Assembly (NCBI GenBank): GCA_965230295.1
Contig: OZ246001.1
Location: 3,808,001 to 3,872,000, forward strand
Direction: 5' to 3'
Source: Marinicella sp.
Lineage (GTDB): Bacteria; Pseudomonadota; Gammaproteobacteria; Xanthomonadales; Marinicellaceae
Length of the DNA: 64,000 bases
Shown in pieces: positions 22,670-33,844 of the stretch (its first letter is position 1; the number at the start of each line of letters is the position of its first letter). The notes under the pieces were generated by a model. The model was not told the DNA's origin. It saw only the letters and a list, made by a program, of their open reading frames with translations, and ran no database searches. The position numbers and the translations under genes were made by a program.

Positions 22670-23872
22670 ATGAAAATGAAATTATTAGTCACATTATTAA
22701 CCATATTTATGTTTTTTAACATAGATGTTTGGGCTTTTGATTGTTCGAACCCAGATGTTTCTGTAGCTGAGTGTAATGCGTTAAATGATATGTACGGCCC
22801 TTTAGGCATAGCGAGTTCATCATTAATTGCTGTAGATATAATTAGTTGGGGAGAAGAAACTGACAATACTGTTTGTGACATATCAGTAATTGAATGCGAC
22901 TCATCTATCCCTAAACGTGCTGTTCATTTACTTTTATCTCGCAAAGACTTGATAGGCACTATCCCCGACCTGAGTGCTTTGGCCAGTTTGCAACGCCTTG
23001 ACCTGAGTAATAATAATCTCAGTGGTCACATCCCTGACCTGAGTGCCTTGACCAATTTGAAATTCCTTTACCTGAATCAAAATAATCTTAGTGGCCACAT
23101 CCCTGAGCTAGATGCCTTGACTAATTTGCAACAACTTTACCTACATATTAACGATCTCAGAGGTCCCATCCCTGACTTGAGCGTCTTAACTAATTTGAAA
23201 CACCTTCTCCTATATCGTAACAATCTGAGTGGCCCCATTCCTGACTTGAGCGCCTTGACCAGTTTATATAGCCTTATTCTGGAGGATAACAATCTCAATG
23301 GCACCATTCCAGACTTGAGTGCCTTGACTAATTTGCAAAACCTTTACCTAAGTCGTAACGACCTCAATGGTCCCATCCCTAACTTGAGTACCTTGACCAA
23401 TTTACAATACCTTTACCTGAGTGGTAATGATTTCAGTGGCCCCATTCATCGTTTAAGTACCTTAACCAGTTTGAAACACCTAACCTTAAACGATAACAAT
23501 TTCAGTGGTACCATCCATAGCTTGCGCACTTTGATCAATTTGCAAGTTCTTTTCCTGAGTGATAACAATCTTAGTGGTCCCATCCCTGACTTGAGCGCCT
23601 TAACCAATTTGCAACTCTTTTATTTGGCTAACAACTATTTCTTTGGACACTTTCCCGATCTCAGGCAAACAGATTTGCCAGAAGGAAATACGTTGAATTT
23701 TCATTCAAACTGCATAGAGCCGAATGTTAATAACTTTGTTAATGACTGGACTAATGCCAGAACTAGTCCTGCTAATGGCTTTGATAATCAACACGCAGAT
23801 ATAAATACATGCTTGGACGTGTATGCAGACTTCATCATTACAGATACGGTTTTCATCGATACATTTGAGTAA
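22670..23872 (+). CDS. Secreted leucine-rich repeat protein (plant-like LRR)
   Basis: Signal peptide, Cys-capped N-terminus, about 10 repeats of the 23-aa LxxLxLxxNxLSGxIPDLSAL unit; tail TDTVFIDTFE. Confidence 0.92.
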   Translation: MKMKLLVTLLTIFMFFNIDVWAFDCSNPDVSVAECNALNDMYGPLGIASSSLIAVDIISWGEETDNTVCDISVIECDSSIPKRAVHLLLSRKDLIGTIPDLSALASLQRLDLSNNNLSGHIPDLSALTNLKFLYLNQNNLSGHIPELDALTNLQQLYLHINDLRGPIPDLSVLTNLKHLLLYRNNLSGPIPDLSALTSLYSLILEDNNLNGTIPDLSALTNLQNLYLSRNDLNGPIPNLSTLTNLQYLYLSGNDFSGPIHRLSTLTSLKHLTLNDNNFSGTIHSLRTLINLQVLFLSDNNLSGPIPDLSALTNLQLFYLANNYFFGHFPDLRQTDLPEGNTLNFHSNCIEPNVNNFVNDWTNARTSPANGFDNQHADINTCLDVYADFIITDTVFIDTFE

Positions 23873-23977
23873 GTTCTTTACATCAATATGAAATTCATAT
23901 TTCTCAAGTAAGTTTATATCTGCAATACAACCAGTTGTAGTCAATTATCTTTAATATATTTTGAGTACTCAAACATT

Positions 23978-25738
23978 ATGAAACCAATAATAACTTTACT
24001 ATTTATTTTTTCTTTCTCATCTTCTTTTGCTGGTGGTGATATTGATCCATTTGTCATTACCATCACTACCACACCCCGCAACCAAGCAGACACAAACACT
24101 TTATTCAAATACGATTTACCAACTACTGAATATGAATACTCATATGATGTTGATTGGGACTACAATGGAGTCTTTGAAGCAGATGAAGTAGATGTAAATG
24201 GAATTTTAGAACATGATTACGGTAATCCTGGAGAATATACCATTGCTATTAAAGGGATATTTCCTAAATTTGGTTCATCACGCCCTGATCATATAGATCA
24301 ATTAGTAAGCATAGATCAATGGGGAGATATTGTTTGGAAAAGTTTTGAAAGCTCTTTTCGTGGTCAATATGATATCCGACCCGCTAGTTATATTGTAAAT
24401 GCAACAGACATTCCTGACTTGTCAATGGTTAACTCTCTATCAGAAATGTTTTTTATTTCAAGCCAAGCTAATCCAGATGTGACTGGGTGGGATACATCCA
24501 ATGTTACTGACATGAGCTTTATGTTTTCTGTTACTGACGCAGCCAACCCAAATGTGAGTGGATGGGATACATCCAACGTTACTGACATGAGCTTTATGTT
24601 TTCTTTTGCTGACGCAGCCAACCCAAATGTAAGTGGGTGGGATACCTCCAATGTTACTGACATGAGCGGTATGTTTTTTGATTCTGCCATAGCCAACCCA
24701 GATGTGAGCTTATGGGATACATCCAACGTTACTGACATGAGCTTTATGTTTTCTTTTGCTGACGCAGCTAACCCAGATGTGAGTGGGTGGGATACATCCA
24801 ATGTTACTAAAATGGGCGATATGTTTGCAATAGCAAGATTAGCTAACCCAGATGTGAGTGGATGGGATACATCCAATGTTACTGACATGACCCGTATGTT
24901 TTATGGTGCTGATGCAGCAAACCCAGATGTGAGTTTATGGGATACATCCAATGTTACTGACATGACCCGCATGTTTTTTGGTGCTATCTTAGCCACCCCA
25001 GATGTGAGTTTATGGGATACATCCAATGTTGCTGATATGAATGAATTGTTCGCTTATGCAGGATCTGCTAATCCTGATTTAAGAAACTGGGTTATTGAAA
25101 ATGTTAATAGCATGAATGACATGTTTAACTCTAACAAAATGAAACGCAGTAATTATGAAGCCGCACTGATTTCTTTTGCGACGCAATTTACGAATAATAA
25201 TGTTAATTTTGCTGCTGGTTCTTCTCTGTATTGCTCATCAGCTGCTGAAAATGCAAAAACCTTTCTTACAGGCCCTACCAAGAATTGGACGATAGTCGAT
25301 GGATCTGATGGTTTACCAAGTTGCGACATAAATGATGTTTCTGTTTCTATAGAAAGTAATCGTAGCCTACTTGCCCCAGGAGGTATGGTTACTTACCACA
25401 TCAGTATTAAAAATGATGGGGATAGGGATATTGATGATTTGAATGTGATCACCAATACAATGTTATTAACCAACTTGAATTGGGGATGTGAGGCCGTCAG
25501 CGCCACATGTCAAGATTCAGCTGGTAATGGTCCAATTTTGCACAGTAGTACAATAAATTCAGGTGGTGAAATCACTTATATTATCAATGCTACTAATGCA
25601 GGTATGAATGGTGAATATGCTATGATTTCTATTACAGCACAAAGCATCGATACCCCAGATGATTTTCTAAGAGATAATACTGCAACTTTGAATAGCAGAA
25701 CATCAGATGATATTATTTTTTATAATTCACTCGATTAA
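23978..25738 (+). CDS. Secreted BspA/DUF285-type surface repeat protein with DUF11-like C-terminal domain
   Basis: VDWD..G, QWGDIVW, about 8 copies of the 25-aa ANPDVSGWDTSNVTDMxxMF repeat (75-bp DNA repeats at about 24466-25080), VTYHISIKNDG; tail DDIIFYNSLD. Confidence 0.88.
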   Translation: MKPIITLLFIFSFSSSFAGGDIDPFVITITTTPRNQADTNTLFKYDLPTTEYEYSYDVDWDYNGVFEADEVDVNGILEHDYGNPGEYTIAIKGIFPKFGSSRPDHIDQLVSIDQWGDIVWKSFESSFRGQYDIRPASYIVNATDIPDLSMVNSLSEMFFISSQANPDVTGWDTSNVTDMSFMFSVTDAANPNVSGWDTSNVTDMSFMFSFADAANPNVSGWDTSNVTDMSGMFFDSAIANPDVSLWDTSNVTDMSFMFSFADAANPDVSGWDTSNVTKMGDMFAIARLANPDVSGWDTSNVTDMTRMFYGADAANPDVSLWDTSNVTDMTRMFFGAILATPDVSLWDTSNVADMNELFAYAGSANPDLRNWVIENVNSMNDMFNSNKMKRSNYEAALISFATQFTNNNVNFAAGSSLYCSSAAENAKTFLTGPTKNWTIVDGSDGLPSCDINDVSVSIESNRSLLAPGGMVTYHISIKNDGDRDIDDLNVITNTMLLTNLNWGCEAVSATCQDSAGNGPILHSSTINSGGEITYIINATNAGMNGEYAMISITAQSIDTPDDFLRDNTATLNSRTSDDIIFYNSLD

Positions 25739-25927
25739 ATAGCTTAATCAGCAGCAAGCCTTTGTTGCCTAACTCATAAACTTAAAGGGAAGTAGGCAAC
25801 AACTTGCAAATGTATTAGTTTCAGTAGATATTATTGCAAGCCGGTAGTGACTTTGTTGATATTGATCAACCATCAGTAAGTCAGAAAAAACATGAAAAAC
25901 ACATCCTTAGCTTTTACGTATGCTTTG

Positions 25928-25954
25928 TGCAACAATTTTATCACTTATTGCAAC
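25928..25954 (+). promoter_or_regulatory. Putative operator TGCAAC-N15-TGCAAC
   Basis: tgcaacaattttatcacttattgcaac upstream of the second LRR gene. Confidence 0.55.
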
Positions 25955-26107
25955 AGTCTTAATATCGACTTTGGTTTTTCTTCAATAAAATATGTCTCTA
26001 AATTCTTCATTGTCTTGTAAACCTTTCAATCGAAGTTAATTTAAGTTTTTAAAATGTTTTGAGCATACTGAAAATCAATCATTACGATTTTGTTTGATTT
26101 CATTGCC

Positions 26108-26197
26108 CAATAGGTTAGATTACAATAGGTTAGATTACAATAGGTTAGATTACAATAGGTTAGATTACAATAGGTTAGATTACAATAGGTTAGATTA
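26108..26197 (+). repeat. Perfect tandem repeat (CAATAGGTTAGATTA)x6
   Basis: Six exact 15-bp units ending 1 bp before the ATG at 26199. Confidence 0.97.
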
Positions 26198-26198
26198 T

Positions 26199-27053
26199 AT
26201 GAAAATAAAATTATTAATCATATTTATGTTTTTTTTAAGCATGGATGTTTGGGCATTTGATTGCTCTAGCCCAGATGTATCTGTAGCTGAGTGTAATGCG
26301 TTAAATGATATGTATGGCCCTTTAGGCATAGCGGGCTCATCATTGCCTGCAGCAGACATAAACAGCTGGGGGGAAACTACCGACAATACCGTTTGTGACA
26401 TATCACGAATTACATGCGATTCATCCACACCAAGACGTGTTACTCGCTTACATCTAGTCGGCGCGGACTTGAGAGGCACTATCCCTGACTTGAGTGCATT
26501 TACTAATTTGCAAGATCTTTGGTTAGCTAATAACCAGCTCATTGGTCACATCCCTGACTTGAGTGCCTTGGCCAACTTACAATCTCTTGATTTACAGCGT
26601 AATCAACTCAGTGGTCCCATCCCTGACTTGAGCGCCTTAACCAATTTACAACGCCTTTTCTTGCATGTTAATCAGCTCACAGGCCCTATCACTGAGTTGA
26701 GCGCCGTGACCAGTTTGCAACGCATTTACCTGCAATTTAACAATCTCAGTGGCCCTATCCCTGACTTGAACGCCTTGGACGATTTGCAACAACTTTCTTT
26801 GGATAACAATTATTTTTTCGGAGAATTTCCCGACCTCAGAGAAACAGGACTACAAGAAGGACGTACGTTGGGTTTTCATACAAACTGCATAGAACCGAAT
26901 GTAAATAATTTAATTAATGACTGGGTAAATGCCAGAACCAGTCCTAATAACCATTTTAATAATCAACGTGCAGATATAAATACATGCTTGGATGAATTCA
27001 TCATTACTGATATGATTTTCATTGATACATTTGAGTTCGATGCGTTTGAATAA
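26199..27053 (+). CDS. Secreted LRR protein, shorter paralog of the 22670 gene
   Basis: MKIKLL...VWA-FDCS matches the paralog; about 5-6 LRRs; tail TDMIFIDTFEFDAFE. Confidence 0.9.
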   Translation: MKIKLLIIFMFFLSMDVWAFDCSSPDVSVAECNALNDMYGPLGIAGSSLPAADINSWGETTDNTVCDISRITCDSSTPRRVTRLHLVGADLRGTIPDLSAFTNLQDLWLANNQLIGHIPDLSALANLQSLDLQRNQLSGPIPDLSALTNLQRLFLHVNQLTGPITELSAVTSLQRIYLQFNNLSGPIPDLNALDDLQQLSLDNNYFFGEFPDLRETGLQEGRTLGFHTNCIEPNVNNLINDWVNARTSPNNHFNNQRADINTCLDEFIITDMIFIDTFEFDAFE

Positions 27054-27329
27054 GTAGCAATTTTACTCGCATTAAATAAAAATTAAGCCATATAGTGTTG
27101 GCACGGATGCCAAACAAACTGTTGTGCCCCTTCCGAATAGGCCATGCGTGGGCTTCAACCAGAAGAAGTTATTCGCTTACTATCTAGGCATAAAAAGCAT
27201 TTTTTTATAGCCAAATTTTAAATATACGGCAAGTGTTTAAATAAGTAGCATACTTGACATCATTATTTTTATGACCTCAACTGCTATTTCATAGTCTGGT
27301 AAACTGGAAACATGCTGTAAATCCAACCT

Positions 27330-27610
27330 CTATTTAGCAAGGAACTCTCAAGTTAAGTTCCTGCCTAGACATCTTTAAGGTGCAAAGTTTTCGCACGAAG
27401 ATTTTTCACTTCTTCAGAACTGGCTTCACGATTAAAACCACTAGCCAGGTTTTTCATTCCAGTCTCCATGAATTTTTTCGACAAATTGCCACATTGGCGT
27501 AAGGCAGCGATGCATTCCTTACCACTAAGACCTTCGACCAGGGTACGAATTTTATCCTCAGCTGGATAATTTTTAAGAGTACGAAGATGGATGTCTCGTA
27601 CAGTTTTCTA
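27330..27610 (-). mobile_element. Degraded IS3-family orfA remnant
   Basis: Reverse strand reads KTVRDIHLRTLKNYPAEDKIRTLVEGLSGKECIAAL... and ...REASSEEVKNLRA..LKD, matching the IS3-type OrfA HTH and leucine-zipper pattern; broken by stops. Confidence 0.65.
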
Positions 27611-27835
27611 CTTTGTTTACTTCTGTTATTAGAGATAAGAAAGAACCGAAAGCGTCTCTTAGCTAATTAGCCTTAGTAGCCCACATGGTGCTAACAGCAT
27701 ATTAACAAAAAATGATTGCAATAAAGCGACTTTTATTCATATCAAAGAATTTTATACGTGGTTCAAGTAATATTAACTCAAACAAATGATCTAATATTCA
27801 AATTCAATGCATCGATACTACTTGATAAACCTACG

Positions 27836-27862
27836 TGCAACAAGATTGAAGACCTTTGCATC
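27836..27862 (+). promoter_or_regulatory. Putative operator TGCAAC-N15-TGCATC
   Basis: 21-bp spacing, about 90 bp upstream of AGGAG-ATG (27952). Confidence 0.55.
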
Positions 27863-27951
27863 AAATCATATAACTATTTTCCTTCCAGCCTAATAGACTT
27901 TCACGTACCAATACATCATCGCTGATGTCTTTAAAACACAGGAGTAGTTCA

Positions 27952-28440
27952 ATGATCTCAAAAAATCAAAACGGAGCCGCAATAGGCTTTTATTTTGCTG
28001 CCTTTACCTTCAATGGAGACAATGGCTTTCGGCTGGACGGTGGAGTTGGTGTGGATTCCATGTTTGGAAGTGCACTCAGCGAAGCAAAAGATGTGAATCT
28101 AGATGGTATAGATGACATCATAATTGGCTCATCGATTGGTTTTGTGGGCTCAGTTCTAGCTGCGGGTAAAAGTTATGTTGTATTCGGTAACGATGAGGGA
28201 GTGAGCCATCCTTTAAATATTTCTGAATTAAATGGGAGCAACGGCTTTTCCATTTTGGGAGCTGATGTCAATGGATATCTGGGAACCAGCGTCAGCGGAA
28301 TTGGTGATTTCAATGATGATGGAATTGGAGATGTGATGATGAGTGCACCACGAGCGGATGTTGGTGGAGAAAACGAAACAGGTAAAAGCTTTATCATATT
28401 CGGAAATGAACAGGCCATCTTTGTCAATGGTTTTGACTGA
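27952..28440 (+). pseudogene. Internally deleted FG-GAP gene (partial signal fused to last two repeats)
   Basis: RBS AGGAG, MISKNQ...FAAFT joined to NGDNGFRLDG; close to the 3' part of the 39823 gene; tail QAIFVNGFD. Confidence 0.75.
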
Positions 28441-28467
28441 TTATCCACCATAAAAATTTGTGAGTAT

Positions 28468-28542
28468 TGTGCCTGTATTGAACGATTTTCTGTTCCTGCC
28501 TCCTACTATCAGCAGTAAATTCAATAGGTATGGGCACATTTT
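28468..28542 (+). repeat. 3' hairpin element
   Basis: tgtgcctgtat/gtatgggcaca stem, loop containing cctgcctcct, T-tract. Confidence 0.6.
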
Positions 28543-29722
28543 AATAAATATGAATTATTTGGTCATAGTTATTTTCAATAACTAGCCTATGCTTATTTGT
28601 AAAACCAGCTGTTGTTTTATTGAGTTTATGCCACCTAGAAAGGCTGTCCAAACAATTTTGGATCCATACTTTGGTTTACTATCATAAACTGATAAAACAT
28701 TTTGATACTTGAAAATTAATTCAAAACTCCAAGGGCCTTTATACGTGCCCTTGTGGTAAATGTTGATCAATAAGAGCAGATGTTTATGCTCGTTTTGAAA
28801 AATAGCCCTGAGTTTTTCAGTTATTGGTTACAGTACAACTAACTCAAAGGCCAGGGCTTAATGCAAATGCGGTAGATGAACAATGCACCCTTGTGAAATC
28901 CGTTGAAATCACTAAAAATTAGTTATTCAAGGGTAATGAGTTTAGAGGTGAGTAATATTTAGGGCAAGGCATCAGCCGAGCTCAGGTACGCTGGAAAACC
29001 AGGTTTTCATCGTCTCCATCCTGATTAATCCATTAGGATTTTTTAATAATTTCATTGTAAATAGTATTTATTTCTTGGCTAATTTTTGAACTTATAAATT
29101 CTTTTGAATAAACTGCATTTAAGTTATATAGAATTATTGGTGTGGTTTTTGACAATCCTAAATTCGTCAATAACTGAATAGGGCTGATCTCAAAGTTTAA
29201 TTAGCTATTCATACCATATGTATGCCGGAGCCATTGAGCAGTTGCTTTTTCACATTTTTTTAATATCTTCTTCAAAGTATTTTTCTAAGACCGTGTTTTT
29301 TATACAGCGGCTGATTTTGCAGAATCAATTTACTTATATCATCAAAAACTATTATTATATTGGTAATTTGACGTATAGAAACTGTTTTTTGAGATACACG
29401 TTTGGCTACAAAAGAAATATTACCTGAATCTAACTCATTGGAGTTTTGCGCACATTCCCTCTAAATTCACATATTTTTTGCTAAGTGATTGATTGTGAAT
29501 GTCATGTATTTGTTAATAGAACAATGGTCAAAAAATGTGATCATCATTGTTTTTTGAAGATTACAACGACACCCATTCTGACCAGTTTTAATCCTAACAT
29601 TTATAATGTATCTAATCTAATGTTTACAACTTTAAGTACTGAACCAATAATCATTCAAAGTTATCGGTGGCTATTCAATAATTGACCCAAAAAATTAATT
29701 TAATTCTTAAATACAATAAGGA

Positions 29723-29788
29723 GTGCACTTATTTACTGACAAGAGTGGAAAGGGAAAATATAAAGAGTCTAGCTTTCGATAAGTGCAC
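29723..29788 (-). repeat. 3' hairpin element
   Basis: Perfect 10-bp IR gtgcacttat/ataagtgcac; minus-strand loop ttttccctttcc; 18 bp after the stop of a minus-strand FG-GAP gene. Confidence 0.6.
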
Positions 29789-29806
29789 AAACTGGTTGTT
29801 TAATGA

Positions 29807-31387
29807 TTAATCAAATTCAAACCCGTTAGTAAAAATGGCTGATTCTTTGCCAAAGATCACATAGCTTCTACCAGGTGATGTATCAGCCGGACCTGCATCA
29901 GGAGCCCCAATGATCAAATCATCAAACCCATCATCATTGACATCACCAGCTGAACTGACTGAAAAACCAGAGGAGTCAGCTGTATTTTCACCATTGATAA
30001 CAAAGCCATTTTTACCATTTATTGAGGACAGTTCAAACGGATTGGGTAAACCACTAGCACTGCCAAAAATCACATAGCTTTTTCCTGCATCTGTATTACC
30101 ATTTGGATCGGCAAGATTGGCTCCAATAATCAAATCAAAAATTCCATCACCATTGACATCACCCGCTGAACTGACAGAGTGACCTGACTCATCACCTGTA
30201 TTTTCACCATTGATAACAAAGCCATTTTTACCATTTATTGAGGACAGTTCAAACGGATTGGGTAAACCACTGGCACTGCCAAAAATCACATAGCTTTTAC
30301 CTGCATTTGTCTTACCATTTGGATCGGCAAGTTTAGCTCCAATTATCAAATCATCAATCCCATCGTCATTGACATCACCTGCTGAACTGACAGAAAAGCC
30401 CAAATAATCATCAATATTTTCACCATTGATAACTAGACCAATCGGGCTAGTTAGACTAGACAGAGTTAACGGATTAGGAAAACCACTATTCCTATTCCTG
30501 CCAAAGATCAAATAGCTTTTACCATCGCTTTCTGCTCCAGGTGCCCCTACAATTAAATCATCAACCCCATCATCATTAATATCACCAGCTGAGCTAACTG
30601 AACGGCCTGACCAATCATTTTCATTTTCGCCTTCGATAACAAACCCATTTTCATCTTTGAGATTTGATAGGTTTAGCGATCCCGAAAAACCACTTTTACT
30701 GCCAAAAACCACATAGCTTTTACCTGCAGATGATTCGTTATTCGGGCTTGCAGAAAAGGCCCCAATAATTAAATCAACAACCCCATCACCGTTTACGTCA
30801 CCAGCAGAACTGACTGAATAACCCGAATAATCATCTTCATTTTCGCCATTAATCATAAAACCATCCACGCCATAGGGAAATGAAAGATCAATCGGATTAG
30901 GTAAATCATCCTCACTGCCATACACCACATAACTTTTACCAGCTTTTGACTGTGCGCCATAAGCTCCAATGATCAAGTCATCAATCTCATCGCCATTGAC
31001 ATCACCTGCTGAACTAACTGAAATACCTGAAAAATAGAACCTATTAACACCATTGGCAACAAAACCATTCTCACCATCAAGAGCTGAAAGGCTCAACAGC
31101 TTGGGAAAATCACCCTCACTGCCATACACTACATAGCTTTTACCAGCATTAAATCTACCACCTAAACCAGCGCTAAAAGCCCCAATGATCAAATCATCAA
31201 TTCCATCACCATTGATATCACCAGCTGAACTGACTGAAAAACCAGAGGAATCACCTTCATTTTCGCCGTTCATAACAAAGCCGTTGCTGCCATCAATATC
31301 TTCTAAGTTAAGACTTGAATAATACTCAGCAAATCCATCAGTAGAAATAAGTATCAAAGTAAAAGTTATATAAATAAATGTTTTCAT
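29807..31387 (-). CDS. Secreted FG-GAP propeller protein, 7 repeats
   Basis: Signal ending GFA; 7 repeats, two of them near-identical; tail SAIFTNGFEFD. Confidence 0.93.
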   Translation of the reverse strand: MKTFIYITFTLILISTDGFAEYYSSLNLEDIDGSNGFVMNGENEGDSSGFSVSSAGDINGDGIDDLIIGAFSAGLGGRFNAGKSYVVYGSEGDFPKLLSLSALDGENGFVANGVNRFYFSGISVSSAGDVNGDEIDDLIIGAYGAQSKAGKSYVVYGSEDDLPNPIDLSFPYGVDGFMINGENEDDYSGYSVSSAGDVNGDGVVDLIIGAFSASPNNESSAGKSYVVFGSKSGFSGSLNLSNLKDENGFVIEGENENDWSGRSVSSAGDINDDGVDDLIVGAPGAESDGKSYLIFGRNRNSGFPNPLTLSSLTSPIGLVINGENIDDYLGFSVSSAGDVNDDGIDDLIIGAKLADPNGKTNAGKSYVIFGSASGLPNPFELSSINGKNGFVINGENTGDESGHSVSSAGDVNGDGIFDLIIGANLADPNGNTDAGKSYVIFGSASGLPNPFELSSINGKNGFVINGENTADSSGFSVSSAGDVNDDGFDDLIIGAPDAGPADTSPGRSYVIFGKESAIFTNGFEFD

Positions 31388-31492
31388 AATATCTCTCTAG
31401 TCTTCAAGGAAATTATATTTCGTCAGTTGACTAGCTTTAAGTCTGTTGAATACAAATTTTATTTTGGATGCTTCAAAAGTGCTGTGGAATAT

Positions 31493-31519
31493 GTTGCAAT
31501 GGGTATTGACTTTGTTGTA
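31493..31519 (-). promoter_or_regulatory. Putative operator TACAAC-N15-TGCAAC
   Basis: Minus strand tacaacaaagtcaatacccattgcaac; orientation flips with the gene. Confidence 0.55.
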
Positions 31520-31597
31520 AACGACCTCTTGGTTTAATTCTGCAATAATTTCTGAAGGCCTTTGATTATGTATTGAGGATCAATGACCCAATAAACA

Positions 31598-32238
31598 ATG
31601 AGACCGCAATTGGCATCAATAATGTGGGTGGGTTTAGGTGCGCAGACCACTGGAGGTGATATTTTATTGGTTGATTTGAATGGCTCATCACCTGGTTTAC
31701 TTGTCGCGGGTAACACTGTGATTTATGAAATCATGATTAGCAACGATGGGCCGATGGATGCCACCGATGTGGACGTCAGTGATACAACCTGAATTTAGTC
31801 GCTGTGGCTGGTGACACCTCCTGTGCACCAGCCAGTTTTATATATACCATCGCTTCACTCCCCAGTGTCACCAGTGAAAAATTAACTGTCTTAACCACCA
31901 TTAATGCGGTTGGGGTCTTTGATAATGTATATTCTGTGGGCGCAGATCAACCAGACGGCAATCAGTCAAATAATATCGATGATACAGGTAATGGTGGTGA
32001 TGAAATTATCATGAACAATGGATCTTTTGCATTCATTACATTACTTGACGATGAGTAAAGCTATCAGATAACAATCGATTTGCCACCTATTGATCCGATC
32101 CAACCCTGTACAATCACAAATGACATTGAATTAATTGCTGGTGATGATGTAATTGATGTGGAAGTGGCTTGTGAACGAGGAGATGATTTGATTTTTAGAA
32201 ATGATTTTGAAATGATGCCGCCAATTATTATGAAATAA
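31598..32238 (+). pseudogene. Fragmented DUF11-domain secreted protein gene
   Basis: GNTVIYEIMISNDGPMDATDVDVSD, VGADQPDGNQSNNID; last fragment ends GDDLIFRNDFEMMPPIIMK*. Confidence 0.65.
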
Positions 32239-32582
32239 AGATCAAATCTTTTCTAATTTTAACTCTGAAATTGGATGCTGAAGAAACTATGAGTACAGGA
32301 GGTATTTTGGGTTTCTAAAGGTGATGATATCAATAGTTTTAGAATACCATGTCTTTATGGTTCTGTGGGTATGTTATGTTGTCATTAACAAATTCATTTT
32401 ACCTCAAATAAATATCTCATCCTCGTCACGGTGCTAAAACTGAAGGAAAGGTCAAAAGGGTTTGGGTAAATGTAAATATTGGAAAAACAAGTTATCTAAG
32501 GGTAAATAAAGAAGAATTTAAATATATATTGAATCTACTTAACATTAAGTGAGGCTTACCAAATAAAATCACATTAATTTAA

Positions 32583-33833
32583 TCAGTTTGAAAGTTTGTT
32601 GTTTTCAATAATTTGGTCATATATATTTTCAATATCCAACTTATATTTATCGGTAAATTTGCCTGCATTTTTAGCTGAATTCACGCGATATAAAATAACT
32701 GACAATGGGGCATAGTTACCAAGAGTTTTCATTGCCTCAATTGGTCTCATCGACTTATTTTCTACCTTTGCACTCCCAAATGAGTTTCTTAACCATTGAG
32801 CAGTAGCCATTTGGCACTTTTCAATATCATCAATGAAATATTTTTTGTATGTGGTATTTTCATAAATAGATTGGTTCTGAATAATTATTTTGCTGATATC
32901 CATTAAAGTTGATCCAACAATGGTCGAAATCTGCCTAGTTGTTATTTTCTTTAGTTTATAGGTATTTGAAACCAAAGGAATGATGACATCAGAATCAGTT
33001 TCGAAATATTCAGCCATGTAGCTTAGTTGTGAATTAATTACTTTCAACTGCTCAGAGTTCAAACTGATATAACGTTCATTTGAACCCATGATTTTAAGGA
33101 ATAATTCATTTTCTAAAGAAATTACATCTGAATTTTTCATATTGGAAAGTTCTGTTATTTTGAGCCCGAACTCTAACAAAATGTAAATGATCAAAAAAGC
33201 GCGATTGGCTTCAAAACAATCATAAGAAAAGCGATCGTAATCTGTTTCTTGTGCTAATACTGTTAATATGAACCTAGTTAGCTGGGGGTTTAAAGTTTTG
33301 CTGTTATACCGACTTTCCAATTCGCTGAGAGAATCATCTTTCATGAGATAGGCTGGTACAGGGTTCCTATATAAATAACAATTTGATTTCAAAAATCTGT
33401 AAAGAGTGTGTATTTTCCTAAGTGAGGACCTTACTGAAACCTTGGATCGAATTGATTTACGAAAGGGACGCCATTCAGGATTAATGCTATCATCGATTAA
33501 GATTTTTTTCTGATGAGTCCCCACCCATCTCTTTAAAGGTTTTGGATTGTAAAGAAATTCAGAGTAGGCCATGCAATTATCTGTCGTGAAAGCAGTAAAA
33601 GAAATGTTATTCTGCTCTAACCACAATAAAAATGTTTCAATTTCTTTGTAATAGGCACTTATGGTGTTTTTCACAGATTCCTTCATTGAAAGAAACTTCA
33701 TAATTGCATCAATATCAGTATTCACAGACAAATCGTTTTCTAAGTCTTTGCACAGGTTTTGGCCTGGAGCAAATACATCTGGCACTCTGTGCAGAATAAC
33801 TTTTGAGGATTTATATAACAGTATCGGCTCCAT
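32583..33833 (-). CDS. Tyrosine recombinase-family protein with degenerate active site
   Basis: Core-binding domain (NTISAY..E.E.FLLW, WRPF, YLYRNP); box I FGLKITEL (R to K), box II AQWLRNSFG (H to Q), LGNY (H to N), SVILY. Confidence 0.8.
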   Translation of the reverse strand: MEPILLYKSSKVILHRVPDVFAPGQNLCKDLENDLSVNTDIDAIMKFLSMKESVKNTISAYYKEIETFLLWLEQNNISFTAFTTDNCMAYSEFLYNPKPLKRWVGTHQKKILIDDSINPEWRPFRKSIRSKVSVRSSLRKIHTLYRFLKSNCYLYRNPVPAYLMKDDSLSELESRYNSKTLNPQLTRFILTVLAQETDYDRFSYDCFEANRAFLIIYILLEFGLKITELSNMKNSDVISLENELFLKIMGSNERYISLNSEQLKVINSQLSYMAEYFETDSDVIIPLVSNTYKLKKITTRQISTIVGSTLMDISKIIIQNQSIYENTTYKKYFIDDIEKCQMATAQWLRNSFGSAKVENKSMRPIEAMKTLGNYAPLSVILYRVNSAKNAGKFTDKYKLDIENIYDQIIENNKLSN

Positions 33834-33844
33834 AATTTACACTC

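Noticed and set aside
24388-24888. Antisense repetitive ORF, and the many short alternate-frame ORFs inside FG-GAP, katG, rlmKL, purT and asnS
   Set aside because: Shadows of repetitive or codon-biased genes; no independent motifs.
26108-26197. Possible CRISPR array (also considered for 48030-48089)
   Set aside because: Units are contiguous or nearly so, with no unique spacers, and no cas genes are in the window.
26094-26198. N-terminal (NRLDY)x6 extension of the LRR ORF
   Set aside because: Artefact of the in-frame 15-bp VNTR; the paralog-like start and signal peptide begin at ATG 26199.
28580-29700. Short ORFs in the AT-rich spacer
   Set aside because: No recognisable motifs or RBS; likely decayed DNA.
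32537-32564. Possible second dif-like site (ACTTAACATTA) just downstream of the recombinase
   Set aside because: Only a 9/11 match to an inverted XerD arm, with no recognisable XerC arm, in AT-rich DNA.
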